DNA from: an uncultured delta proteobacterium
GTDB lineage: Bacteria > Myxococcota_A > Polyangia > Polyangiales > B10-G4
Length of the DNA: 64,000 bases
Direction of reading: 5' to 3'
Assembly (NCBI GenBank): GCA_963727445.1
Contig: CAVSGI010000021.1
Coordinates: forward strand, 64,001-128,000
Both the position numbers and the translations under genes were made by a program. Under the pieces are notes generated by a model. The model was not told where the DNA came from, searched no databases, and was given only the letters and a program-made list of their open reading frames with translations. Below are positions 1-9,392 of the stretch, in pieces (position 1 is the stretch's first letter; each line of letters starts with the position of its first letter).

Positions 1-2
1 TC

Positions 3-353
3 CACCTTCAGGATGGCTACGCAGCGAGCACCGGCGTCACGTTTCAGCACAACGTCCTCTCCGTCGCCGGCGAGCCGGGCGCGGGGGAGGGCGATCCGCA
101 CTTCACGTGGGTGTGGCCGTGGCGCGACGCGCCGCCCGACGACCTCGTGAGCGGTGGACAGAGCTGCTACTTGGGGACCCGTAGCGATCAGGGCTTTCGA
201 TTCGGTCGCACATCCATGGGGTTTTCGGATTGGCAGAGCGGGTCCCGCGATGCCGACTCGCTCTTCAGCGATCCCACCTTTTCCATGGACGGCTATGCGC
301 TGGAAGCCGGATCCACCTGCGCGTCATTCGGGCGCGTGGGGGCCTGGGAGTGA
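3..353 (+). CDS. C-terminal fragment of a secreted protein (possibly right-handed beta-helix type), 5' truncated by window edge
   Basis: Frame open from position 3 (HLQDGYAASTGVTFQHNVLSV...FSDWQSGSRDADSLFSDPTF...GAWE*); GC3-rich codons. Confidence 0.55.
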   Translation, partial: HLQDGYAASTGVTFQHNVLSVAGEPGAGEGDPHFTWVWPWRDAPPDDLVSGGQSCYLGTRSDQGFRFGRTSMGFSDWQSGSRDADSLFSDPTFSMDGYALEAGSTCASFGRVGAWE

Positions 354-437
354 CGGTGCGGCTCGCACCGTGAGCGGCAAGCCGGGCGCCGGCTCTTCGG
401 GTTCGCGGCTTGACCGGGCACGGTGCTAGGCTGCTGC

Positions 438-1064
438 GTGCACTCCGGTGAGCGGCTCAACAGCATCACGCACCTGGTTGGCGCTCACTTCGCACTGATC
501 GGCTTCGGCGCGCTCCTGACGGTGAGCATCCAGGACGGGCGCCCGCGCATGATCATGGGCTTCGCGGTCTTCGGTGCCGCCCTGGTCCTCCTCTACACGA
601 TGTCGACGCTCTACCACGGGCTGAATCTCCCTGCTGTGAAGCGCGTGTTCCAGAAGCTGGATCACGTCAGCATCTATCTCCTGATCGCCGGGACCTATAC
701 GCCCTTCCTCCTGGTGTCGCTCTGGAAAGGGCGGGGCCCACTGATGCTGGTCGTCGAGTGGGGCCTCGCCGCCGTCGGGATCGCCGCCGACGTGCTCCCG
801 AAGAAGCGCCGCACGAAGGTCGCCCTCGTGCTCTATCTCTCGATGGGATGGGTCGCGGCCCTGGACTTCGACAGCCTCCAAAGCGCTCTGTCGAACGCCG
901 GCCTCGCCTGGCTCATCGCCGGCGGCGTCGCCTACACCGTGGGCGTCGTCTTCTACGTCCTCGACAACAAGCGGCTCTTGAAGCACGCCCATGGCATCTG
1001 GCACCTCTTCGTCCTGGCCGGCTCCGCCTGCCACTTCGTGTCGGTGATCGCCTACGTGCGCTGA
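438..1064 (+). CDS. Hemolysin III / PAQR family membrane protein
   Basis: ERLNSITH, SxxYH, LDHxxIYLLIAGTYTP and HGIWHLFV motifs; about 7 TM segments; GTG start at 438 follows TAGGCT. Confidence 0.92.
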   Translation: MHSGERLNSITHLVGAHFALIGFGALLTVSIQDGRPRMIMGFAVFGAALVLLYTMSTLYHGLNLPAVKRVFQKLDHVSIYLLIAGTYTPFLLVSLWKGRGPLMLVVEWGLAAVGIAADVLPKKRRTKVALVLYLSMGWVAALDFDSLQSALSNAGLAWLIAGGVAYTVGVVFYVLDNKRLLKHAHGIWHLFVLAGSACHFVSVIAYVR

Positions 1065-1397
1065 TCCCGCGTGTTCCAGCGGCTGGGCGCTACTGGATCG
1101 GATGCAGCATCCCTGTCCACGCTGCCCGAACCGCGGTGGATCGCGTCGCCCCGACCGTGTGTTGCGGCCATCCGCGAGGCGAGCTCTTCGCGACTCTGGC
1201 CCGTGCGCATCCAACGATCAGCCACACACCACCCTGGCGCCGGGCCCCGACGAGGCGCACACGAAACGCCCTCGAGCGCACTGAGCCAGGGAACGACCAT
1301 GGGAGTGAGATGGCCGCGGCGCGCGGCCGAGTCCAGCTCAGGGGAGTTTAGGGACCGCGCGTGGCCAACACTCGGTGCCCTCCTTAGGCTCGACTTC

Positions 1398-2615
1398 ATG
1401 AGGTGTACGTGTCTTTTCGCTGCCACGATCGCTCTGTCGTTCGGCCCGTCGGGAGCGGCCGCCGAGGTGCTTGTGGACGAGACCTTCGACGACGCCGCCC
1501 TCTCCGACCGGGGCTGGTACGACGTCACCGCGGTCGACATCGCGACTGAGGGTTGCGCCGCCGGGAGCTGCCTCCGCTACCACTATGCGCCCGGCGACGT
1601 GACGCCGAGTGGCCGCGGCACGCTGCGCATCCAGTTCGCGCCGACCGAGGTCGTCTATCTCCGCTACATGACCCGCTACAGCGACGATTGGGCGTTTCGC
1701 GAGCGGTACGGGCCGCACGAGCTCTACTTCACGACGAACGAGGATGATCGCTGGGTTGGGCCTGCGGAGACGCATCTGACGGTGTACGTGGAGCACGTCG
1801 AGGGCGTCGGGCGAATCAGCGCTCAGGACACTCGAAACGTCGACCAGTCGCGGATCGGTGAGGACCTGACGGCTGCGACGGAGGCACGTGGCGTCCACGG
1901 TTGTAACGGCGACCCCGATGGCTACGGCGCGGGAGACTGCTACCGGGCCGGTGACCTCTACCGAAACGGACGCGGGCTCGGACGGACGACGGACGCGGTC
2001 TTCACCTCGGCGAGCGGTCCCCGTTTTCAAGGCGATTGGCACGAGGTGGTCGTCGAAATTCGTCTGAACACGGTCGGCGACGGAGTGACCCACGCCGACG
2101 GAGTCGCTCGCTACCTCTTCGATGGAGAGCTTCAGTTCGAGGTGGAAGACCTCGTGTTTCGGACGAGCGAGAACCGCGACATGGCCTTCGAGCAGTTTCT
2201 CATCGGCCCCTACTTTCACGATGGTGCACCGCACGCACAGGATTGGTTCGTCGACGAGCTCACCATCGCGAGCACGCCCGAGGAGGTCGGCCTCGACGCC
2301 ACGTCGCCCACACCGGCAGACCCGCCGTCCACGGCGACGAGCGACGGTGGGGCTCCGATCGCAGATGAACCCGATGCATCCGGAGAGTCCCCGAGCGGGG
2401 CTGCCGATGCAGCGATGGGCGCGGCGCCCGAAGGTGGCGCCGGACCAGAGAGCGAAGTGACCGGGGGCTGCTCGGTGTCCCCGAGTGGATCCGCGCCGCC
2501 GTGGGGAGCTCTGGCCTTCATCCTGCTCATCGCGCTGACATTTCTCCGGTCGTCCGTCGCGGCGAAGGTGACGGTGCCAGTCGACCACGCGGACGAAGTC
2601 CGCCCGACACGGTGA
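1398..2615 (+). CDS. Secreted beta-sandwich (polysaccharide-lyase/ConA-like) protein with C-terminal MYXO-CTERM-like sorting signal
   Basis: Signal peptide; WHEVVVEIRLNT...DGVARYLFDG; acidic linker then GGCSV plus hydrophobic helix. Confidence 0.7.
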   Translation: MRCTCLFAATIALSFGPSGAAAEVLVDETFDDAALSDRGWYDVTAVDIATEGCAAGSCLRYHYAPGDVTPSGRGTLRIQFAPTEVVYLRYMTRYSDDWAFRERYGPHELYFTTNEDDRWVGPAETHLTVYVEHVEGVGRISAQDTRNVDQSRIGEDLTAATEARGVHGCNGDPDGYGAGDCYRAGDLYRNGRGLGRTTDAVFTSASGPRFQGDWHEVVVEIRLNTVGDGVTHADGVARYLFDGELQFEVEDLVFRTSENRDMAFEQFLIGPYFHDGAPHAQDWFVDELTIASTPEEVGLDATSPTPADPPSTATSDGGAPIADEPDASGESPSGAADAAMGAAPEGGAGPESEVTGGCSVSPSGSAPPWGALAFILLIALTFLRSSVAAKVTVPVDHADEVRPTR

Positions 2616-2617
2616 CG

Positions 2618-2929
2618 ATGGCACCCTTCCCGTGGAGCTCGCGTTGGCGGAGGACACGGTCTCGAGTGCGCCGCGGCTTCGACCGCCGCAAGGGGCCACG
2701 AGTGAACCTCTCCGGCCGCGTTCGACTCGTCACACCCATGATCGATGGCTACCTCCTCGATCTCTCGGAGGATGGCGCCAGATTCATCCTCCTCGACCCG
2801 ATTCCGCTCCGCGGCGTGCTCACCGTCTCCTACGAGTTCCGAGTGACGAAAGCGGTCGCTCACTCCACGGTTCGCTGGAGGCACGTCCTGCCGGATGCGG
2901 TGATTGTGGGAGTGGCCTTCGGGCGGTAG
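2618..2929 (+). CDS. Stand-alone PilZ domain protein (c-di-GMP receptor)
   Basis: RRKGPR (RxxxR) and DLSEDG (DxSxxG) motifs, followed by VRW...GVAF; start uncertain. Confidence 0.75.
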   Translation: MAPFPWSSRWRRTRSRVRRGFDRRKGPRVNLSGRVRLVTPMIDGYLLDLSEDGARFILLDPIPLRGVLTVSYEFRVTKAVAHSTVRWRHVLPDAVIVGVAFGR

Positions 2930-2998
2930 AGCCTCGCCGCGTTTCGTCCCCTGCCCTGCGCCGCGGTCTCCTGGAGGGCGTCCCATCGCCGAGGCGCG

Positions 2999-5110
2999 TC
3001 ACAGCGAGCACTGCATCTCGAAGGGATCCGTGAACGCGGCGTCCTGGTAGTTGTGGATGGTCGGCGAGGCGATGCGTTCGACGGGCAACGGGAAGGGGAC
3101 CCTCAGGCCGCCCCAGATATCGAAGCCCGCGCACGAGAACGTGGGCAGCTGCTCGGCCCATCGCGTCTCGAACCACGCGGCCGCGCGCTCCGGTCCGCCG
3201 TAGTACTCGACGCCTCCCGGGCCCACGAGAAGCGGCGGGAGCGGCGGCAGGCCCGCTGTCACGGGCCGGAGCACGACTGGCACGCGCAGCGCCGGGGCGC
3301 CGGCCGGGGGGACGTGCGCCTTCATGCTGGCGCCGATCCAGCGGTCGGCGGGCTGGGGCGTGACCATGATCCACGGCTGCGGGGTTCCCGACGCACTCCG
3401 GGAGACCTCGAGGTGGAGCACGGTCGCGCGAAATTCGTCGTCCGGGAGGGCCCACGGTGCGTACGACAGCCCGCGAGACTGCTTGGCCTTTGCGATCGCG
3501 CGCTCCGCGATCATGACGGCCTGCTCGATCACCTCGGGTGGAACGCCCGTCTGTGCGGCGATCTCCGCGGCCAGGTAGTCGACGCCCTCGTCCACGAGCT
3601 GGTCGAAGTCGGGTAGCGAGGGGGGCAGGCCCATGGAAGAAAGCGCCAGCTCGAGACCGAGCGCGAGGAGGGCCTTGCAGCTCGCGTCGCAGCTCACGAT
3701 GGTCGAGATCGCGTACGCCGCCAGCTCGACGACCTTGGCCTTGATCTCTTCGTAGAGGGCGGAGATGTGATTCACGGCCCACTCGATGGGGTCGGCGACG
3801 GCCTCGACGAACGCGCCGAACGCATCGCCGATGTCCTCCAGGAAGCTCGAGTGGTGATGCGACGGCGCGAGGCAGAAGCCGGTCCCGGGAAGGAGCAGCT
3901 CGTTCCAGTCGAAGATGTGGCGCATCACGAGCTGCGTGCCGAGACCGTCGAGGACCGAGTAGGTGATCGGCAGCCTGTGGGGCACGATGACCCGAAAGCA
4001 CGACCAGTTGGACGACAGAACGCTCGGGAACGGGTATTGGCCGAGGTAGCGGCTCCCGGTGGCCACGGTGGAAGGGCTCGGGTCGAGGTCGCCGGCGTCG
4101 ACGCCCGGCAGGTAGGACAGGCGCACCCAGCTCGAGGCTCCGTACATCCGCGGATCGCAGGCGCGCTCGGCCGCCTTCACGGGTACGGCGCGCACGTAGA
4201 GCGGCGCCCCGGAGAGGAGCTCGGCGCGGTGGACGCGGTCGGCCTCGGTCGCGGTGCGCGGCAGATCGGCGAGCGCGGGGCTCATGTCCACGTCGACCTC
4301 GACCCAGCCGCCGCTGCCAGGGACGACGGTCGCGCGGCTCGTCGCGACCAGGGCACGGGGGCTCGTCGCGCAGTAGTCGCCGCCGGCGAGATCCTCGGTG
4401 CGGAACTTCTCGCTCGTGACCTGCAGCTCGACGCTCTCGGCGTCGGCGACGTCGGTGCGGACGCGGAAGTGTCGCGTCATCGCACCCTCGCGCAGGTAGT
4501 CCGCGTTGCGCCAGACCACGGTTCGCCCGCGCGTCGCTTGCACTTCGACCTGCGTGTGGAGAGACACGGCGTCGAACCGCGCCATCTCGGCCCCGGCGGT
4601 GACGAGACCGTGGGGCGGGCCCCGCCAGGTGAGCCGCACGCAGTCGGGATCGTCGACGGTGACCCCGACCTGGTAGAGCGCCCCCGTCGGCAGCCCGTCG
4701 AGCTCGAACGCGAGGACGTGCGGATCGGCCGTCGCGGTCACGCGGGCGATGTCGGGCACTTCCTCTTCGTCGACGCCCGGGCCGGCAGCGGGCGGGGCGC
4801 CCCCGATGATGGGCATCGTCTCTTCGAGCAAGGAGGCCTCGAGCGCACCCAGCCTGACGGTGACAGACGCCGGGCTCGGGGTACAGCCCGCGAAGCTCAG
4901 CTCCCCCATGATCCGGCTCGGTGGCGGCGGGCCCGCGTCGATGCTCTCGCCGTCGCGGGGCGACCCGTCGGCGGCCCCGTCCAGGGGCGCGGCGTCCATG
5001 TCCCCGCTCGCGTCGCGTCCGGCCGCGTCGTCGCCGCCGCAGGCGGAGCTCGTCGCCCACGCAACGCACACCCCGATGGTCATCCACGACCGTGTTGAAC
5101 CGTGTCGCAT
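2999..5110 (-). CDS. Large hypothetical lipoprotein (703 aa)
   Basis: Lipobox-like SSAC-GGDD, D/A/G-rich linker, globular remainder with an amphipathic helical region. Confidence 0.75.
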   Translation of the reverse strand: MRHGSTRSWMTIGVCVAWATSSACGGDDAAGRDASGDMDAAPLDGAADGSPRDGESIDAGPPPPSRIMGELSFAGCTPSPASVTVRLGALEASLLEETMPIIGGAPPAAGPGVDEEEVPDIARVTATADPHVLAFELDGLPTGALYQVGVTVDDPDCVRLTWRGPPHGLVTAGAEMARFDAVSLHTQVEVQATRGRTVVWRNADYLREGAMTRHFRVRTDVADAESVELQVTSEKFRTEDLAGGDYCATSPRALVATSRATVVPGSGGWVEVDVDMSPALADLPRTATEADRVHRAELLSGAPLYVRAVPVKAAERACDPRMYGASSWVRLSYLPGVDAGDLDPSPSTVATGSRYLGQYPFPSVLSSNWSCFRVIVPHRLPITYSVLDGLGTQLVMRHIFDWNELLLPGTGFCLAPSHHHSSFLEDIGDAFGAFVEAVADPIEWAVNHISALYEEIKAKVVELAAYAISTIVSCDASCKALLALGLELALSSMGLPPSLPDFDQLVDEGVDYLAAEIAAQTGVPPEVIEQAVMIAERAIAKAKQSRGLSYAPWALPDDEFRATVLHLEVSRSASGTPQPWIMVTPQPADRWIGASMKAHVPPAGAPALRVPVVLRPVTAGLPPLPPLLVGPGGVEYYGGPERAAAWFETRWAEQLPTFSCAGFDIWGGLRVPFPLPVERIASPTIHNYQDAAFTDPFEMQCSL

Positions 5111-5331
5111 GGCGGCGCACCCCCCCTACAGCATGAAACAAGTCCCCGACGGCGGCACGCCGTTTTCTTTCAATGGCTCGGATGAGGCGCTCTTCCTCGG
5201 GGGGATCACTCCTCCACCGCCGTCGCGAGGGCCTCCGCGCATGTCGCCGCCTCGTGGGCCTGGGTCGCGAAGGCGCCCGAGTCCAGCCATCATCGAGGGA
5301 TAGCACACACGCGAGCGGTCCCCTGGGGAGC

Positions 5332-6663
5332 TCACGTGCGCGTGAAGCGCGCTTCGCAGTACGCGCACGAGAGCTCGTCGCTCTTCGCGAGAACGACGGG
5401 AGACCCACAGCTCGGACACGGAAAGCGCGGGCGCTCCGCGTCGAGCATCTCTCCACAGTCCTCGCAGAGCGTCCGTTTGGCGCCGTCGGCGACCAGGAGC
5501 CGGCCGCCGCAGCGACCACAGGTCGAGGGGTGAAGCTCCGCCGGCGGGACCTCGACGGCCTGCCGGCGAAAACCCGATTCGTCGAGGAGCGCCTCCCGGG
5601 CGTCGGGTCGAGCCGCCTCCAGCAGAGGCGCGATCGAGTGGCCGAGGTTGATGCGAGCGAATCGCTCGGGGGTGAGCTGGTCGGGATGGAGCGCGAAGAC
5701 GCCTGCACGTTCGTAGGCGAGCGCGCGGACGTTCATGGCCTCGGCCAACGCAGCCCAATGGGCGAGCAGAGGCTCCCGCTCGCGCCGGTCCCCAGGCGTC
5801 TCGAACGCGCGCGCATTCAAGGTCTTGGCCCGCCTCAGCGCCGGGTCGCGAGCTTCGAGGAAGCAGGTCTCGACCGAGAAATCGACGATCGCCTCACGAT
5901 ACGCCGGCTCGGTGGCGCGTGGCGACCAGCTGTCCGGAAAGAGCTCCACGTCCACGCCGTAGACCCAGCGCCAGGCCTCGCGGTACGTGTCCCAATCCTC
6001 GGCCGCGAAAGAAGCGCGGATCTCGGCGCGTGCGCCGTCCACGATCGCCTGGAACACCGCGGCAGGATCGACACCGAAGAGCTCGTCCCGCGCGCGCGAC
6101 CAGTCGTAGTCGAAGAGCCTCGAACAGTAGTCACAGTAGATGTAGGCCGTGCGCGACTCGGTCACCTTGTGCGCGCCGCACTGAGGGCACCGATTCGCCC
6201 ACACGATGGAAGCCGGGGCAGGCTCTGGCAGCGCGCTCTTCTCCTTGCCGAAAGCCGCGATGGCGAGGTTCTGCTTGATGCGAAAGTACGCGCCGAGCCG
6301 GGTATCCTCCGCGAAGCGGGTCTTCCACTCGTAGCCGCGGAAGTAGTAGGCGCGCATGTCGAGCCCGAGCGCGTCGAGGCGCGGCTGGGGGTCCTGTCCC
6401 GTGCACGACAGCACGGCCAGCTCGAGGTAGTCGTCGAAGGAGAGCGGAGGTGCGTCGGCACAGATGGGGCCGAGCCGCTGCATGATGAGCGCGTCGAAGC
6501 GCCGTGAAGTCTCCGGATCGTACGCCAGGGGAGACTGCCACCGCTGCGTCAGCGCCTCGAGCTCGCTCGGGGTCGAGCCGAGCGCCGCCAGCGTTTCGCC
6601 CCGTGCCGCCTCGTCCACGCCGATCAACGCGGCATAGAGCTCGACGTAGCGCTCGAGTGACAT
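5332..6663 (-). CDS. Hypothetical protein with duplicated N-terminal helical module and three zinc-ribbon (CxxC...CxxC) motifs
   Basis: CPQC/CDYC, CGRC/CEDC, CPSC/CAYC pairs; ATG 6663 preceded by TAAGGT. Confidence 0.75.
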   Translation of the reverse strand: MSLERYVELYAALIGVDEAARGETLAALGSTPSELEALTQRWQSPLAYDPETSRRFDALIMQRLGPICADAPPLSFDDYLELAVLSCTGQDPQPRLDALGLDMRAYYFRGYEWKTRFAEDTRLGAYFRIKQNLAIAAFGKEKSALPEPAPASIVWANRCPQCGAHKVTESRTAYIYCDYCSRLFDYDWSRARDELFGVDPAAVFQAIVDGARAEIRASFAAEDWDTYREAWRWVYGVDVELFPDSWSPRATEPAYREAIVDFSVETCFLEARDPALRRAKTLNARAFETPGDRREREPLLAHWAALAEAMNVRALAYERAGVFALHPDQLTPERFARINLGHSIAPLLEAARPDAREALLDESGFRRQAVEVPPAELHPSTCGRCGGRLLVADGAKRTLCEDCGEMLDAERPRFPCPSCGSPVVLAKSDELSCAYCEARFTRT

Positions 6664-6680
6664 GGCGCCCACCTTACCTG

Positions 6681-7428
6681 ATGAGCCCGAACGTCCTCAT
6701 CGAATTCGGAGACGCCTACGACTAAACCGGTCGCCGACCTCCGCGGCTGTTTCGGACGCGTTGCGAAACCTTCGCGTCGAACGTTCGTCGCGATATTCTT
6801 CGGGCGGTGACCGCACCACCCGCGTATCTGACCAGCGAGCTCGTGGCAGAGGTGCTCGAAGCCGAGGACGATGTCCAGGCTGCGGCGATCATCCGCTGCA
6901 GGCGGTAGGACGAAGCAGATCCATCTGCTCGTGTTCGAGGGGACCGAGCGAGTCTGGCAGACGCTGCACCTCCGTGGCGCCACGCACCTCGTGACCCACC
7001 TCGAGCTGCGCCTGCAGCGCGCGCGCGACGAGGCAGCGCTGGTCCAGCGGTTCCCCGCCCTCCGCGGGCTCTCGTGCGAGTCGACGGACGTCGAAACGCT
7101 CCTGGCCGAGTCGCTTCCCGAGCTGCGCGCCCTGGTGGTGCGCGGGAACGTCGATCCGACGTGGCTCGTTCGCCTGGTGGAGAAACGCGCGCCGCAGCTC
7201 GAGCTCTGGGACGTGAACTTCGCCACCGAGTTCCCCTTCGCCGCGCTCGAAGCTGCGCGCGATGCCTGGTGCCACCTTCGGTACCTCGGCCTGCCCGGCC
7301 ACCTCGTCTCCGACGAAGCCCGCGCTCGCTTCGCCGACGATCCCCAGGTCGTCTTCGTCGGGCACGACCGGCGCGAGGTCATCGCCCTCGACTTCGAGAT
7401 GCACGGGTGGGCGGACACGGCGCGATGA
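6681..7428 (+). pseudogene. Degenerate LRR-like hypothetical gene
   Basis: 3' part (6871-7428) reads LRGLSC..LPELRALVV..LELWD..LRYLGLP (LRR-like); 5' part has TAA at 6723 and a frame change near 6900. Confidence 0.35.
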
Positions 7429-7450
7429 GGGGATCGCTCCGGGTTTCCAG

Positions 7451-7984
7451 TCACCGTTCTCTGATCGTGAACGCGTTCAGCGCGTCGGGCGCCCCCCGCA
7501 TGAGATTGCCGACGACGCCGAGGAGCAAGAGGACGGCGCCCGAGAGCAACGAGGCGACCTGCACGGTCAGGTTGCCGAGACCCATTCCGACCGCTAGCCC
7601 GATGCTCCCGCCGAGCGCCCCGGTGATGAAGCCGAACTGCATGACGTGTGTGCCGCTCGCACGTGTGCGGCTGGCGTCCTCGTAGTACAGGACCAGCTCG
7701 GGGGTCTCTTCACCCGCGATGAACGATCGGGCGCGCGGCCTGCGATCCGAACCGGGCAACGACGCGGCCAGCTCATAGCGCATCCCCGCAACCAGTCGAA
7801 GCTCGCACGGCGTGGCGCACGTCTCCGCCTCGCCATCGGCCGCGCGGACCCACACCTTCAGATCCGGAACCTCGAGCGTCGCGCGAAATCGAGTCGTGGC
7901 GACAGCCCGTTCGCCCTGGGCTGCCTCGAATTGCGCGTGGACGATCGTGGGCCACGCGCTACCGACCAGGAGGACCAGCGCCAT
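7451..7984 (-). CDS. Hypothetical exported/membrane protein (PEGA-like CATPC segment, two C-terminal TM helices)
   Basis: Signal-peptide-like N-terminus, ETCATPCELRL, hydrophobic C-terminus. Confidence 0.55.
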   Translation of the reverse strand: MALVLLVGSAWPTIVHAQFEAAQGERAVATTRFRATLEVPDLKVWVRAADGEAETCATPCELRLVAGMRYELAASLPGSDRRPRARSFIAGEETPELVLYYEDASRTRASGTHVMQFGFITGALGGSIGLAVGMGLGNLTVQVASLLSGAVLLLLGVVGNLMRGAPDALNAFTIRER

Positions 7985-8225
7985 GGAGAAGTCCAATCTC
8001 GTACCGTGAATCGCCATGCGCCCGCTTCGACTGCATTCCGCATGCCCACGCGATGACGCTGGATTCACTCGCCTGCCAGGAGTCGCTGTGGCGGAACGGA
8101 TACGTCTGCGGTGGTCCGTTCACACCCTGTCTCGAGCTCGCGGTCGAGGCGGTGTATCGAGCCGCTCGGGCCCCTGGCGTGGGCGATCCTCGACATGTAC
8201 GATTGCGGCTTTCGGGGAGGCTGAC

Positions 8226-9377
8226 GTGAGCGCATTCAACGGCATCACATTGGACCGGTACGCGCAGCTCGCGGCAGTCGTTGGGGATACGCAGGATCCG
8301 GCGGAGCAGGCGCGCCTCGTCGCAGGGGAGGGTGTGGCCGCCGCCGACTGGGAGGCCGCCAAGGCGGGCTGGACCGCCAAGATGCAGGACATGAACGACA
8401 TGGGTCAGACCGCGACCCAGTACATGGCGCTCTACAACGCGTACCTCGCCGAAAGGCGCGGTGGTCAGGTCACGGTGAGCTTCGAGGACTACGCAGCGAT
8501 GAGCGCCACGCTCAAGGCGCGGGGCTTCGAGGGCATGCTGGCGTTCTATGGGATCTCCCAGGCGGACTGGACGCAGATCGCGAACCACTGGAACACGACC
8601 ATGGGGCAGGCGCCGCAGCAGTACGCGCACTTCCACGGCATGGTCGAGCAGGACTCGCAGCGCATCCTCGCGGGAGGCCAGCCTCGCCCGGCCTCGATCG
8701 GCAAGGCGAACCTCGCCACTCCGATGCCTGCGGCGGCGCACGCGCCACCCGCTGCGAACCCTGCGATGGCGGCGGGCTACGGAGCTCCGATGGCAAACCC
8801 GGCAGCGGCTGCGCAGGCCAACGCGATGGCCGCCGCGGGCCTGCCCGGCGCGATCCCCGGCATGGCGCCGGGCGCGAATCCCTACGCCCAAGCACAAGGA
8901 GCGCTGAAGTCCGCGGGCAGCAGCTTGAAGATGATGCAGATCGCGTTCGCCGCGCTTGGCGTGCTCGGCGCGCTGGTGGGAATCGTGGTCGCGATCTTCG
9001 TCAGCGTGATCGCGGGGATCATGCTCATCTTCACTGGGCTGACTTTCGCCGGCGTGGCGTACTTCTCGCTCCCCAAGTTCATGGGAATGCTCGGGAGCAG
9101 CACGGCGATGGTGAACCAGCTCAGCGCCAACCATCATCTCGCTCAGACGGGCGTGCCCGCCAAGGCGCGCATCATGTCGATCCAGCAGACCGGAACCATG
9201 GTGAACATGAACCCGCAGGTCCAATGCCTGCTGGAGGTGCAGGGCCCCCAGGGCCCCTACCAGGTACAGACGATGTCCGTGGTGCCCCAGATTCGCATCC
9301 CACAGTTCCAGCCGGGCGCGACCGTCGACGTGCGCGTCGACCCGACGAACCCCCAGGTCGTGTCGTTGGTGGTCTAG
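8226..9377 (+). CDS. Membrane protein: duplicated helical module (DUF6620-like), Ala/Pro linker, 2 TM, C-terminal OB-like (DUF3592-like) domain
   Basis: GGGGAGG RBS before GTG 8226; GITLDRYA/VSFEDYA repeats; AKARIMSIQQTGTMVNMNP...PGATVDVRVDPTNP. Confidence 0.75.
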   Translation: MSAFNGITLDRYAQLAAVVGDTQDPAEQARLVAGEGVAAADWEAAKAGWTAKMQDMNDMGQTATQYMALYNAYLAERRGGQVTVSFEDYAAMSATLKARGFEGMLAFYGISQADWTQIANHWNTTMGQAPQQYAHFHGMVEQDSQRILAGGQPRPASIGKANLATPMPAAAHAPPAANPAMAAGYGAPMANPAAAAQANAMAAAGLPGAIPGMAPGANPYAQAQGALKSAGSSLKMMQIAFAALGVLGALVGIVVAIFVSVIAGIMLIFTGLTFAGVAYFSLPKFMGMLGSSTAMVNQLSANHHLAQTGVPAKARIMSIQQTGTMVNMNPQVQCLLEVQGPQGPYQVQTMSVVPQIRIPQFQPGATVDVRVDPTNPQVVSLVV

Positions 9378-9392
9378 CAGTACCCTGGCGGG

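Noticed and set aside
438..1064. Hemolysin III as a toxin or virulence factor
   Set aside because: PAQR-family members are widespread membrane-homeostasis proteins; there is no toxin context
1065..1397. 333-bp intergenic region as a riboswitch or ncRNA
   Set aside because: No recognisable conserved motif or convincing long stem seen by eye; would need an Rfam search
5111..5331. Short coding-like stretch on the minus strand (WLDSGAFATQAHEAATCAEALATAVEE*)
   Set aside because: No start codon in frame and too short to support as a gene
2820..5708. 962-aa and many other long Arg/Pro/Ala-rich ORFs in alternative frames (e.g. 44864-47443, 39921-41696, 49644-51398)
   Set aside because: Shadow ORFs expected in high-GC DNA; they overlap better-supported genes and have no motifs
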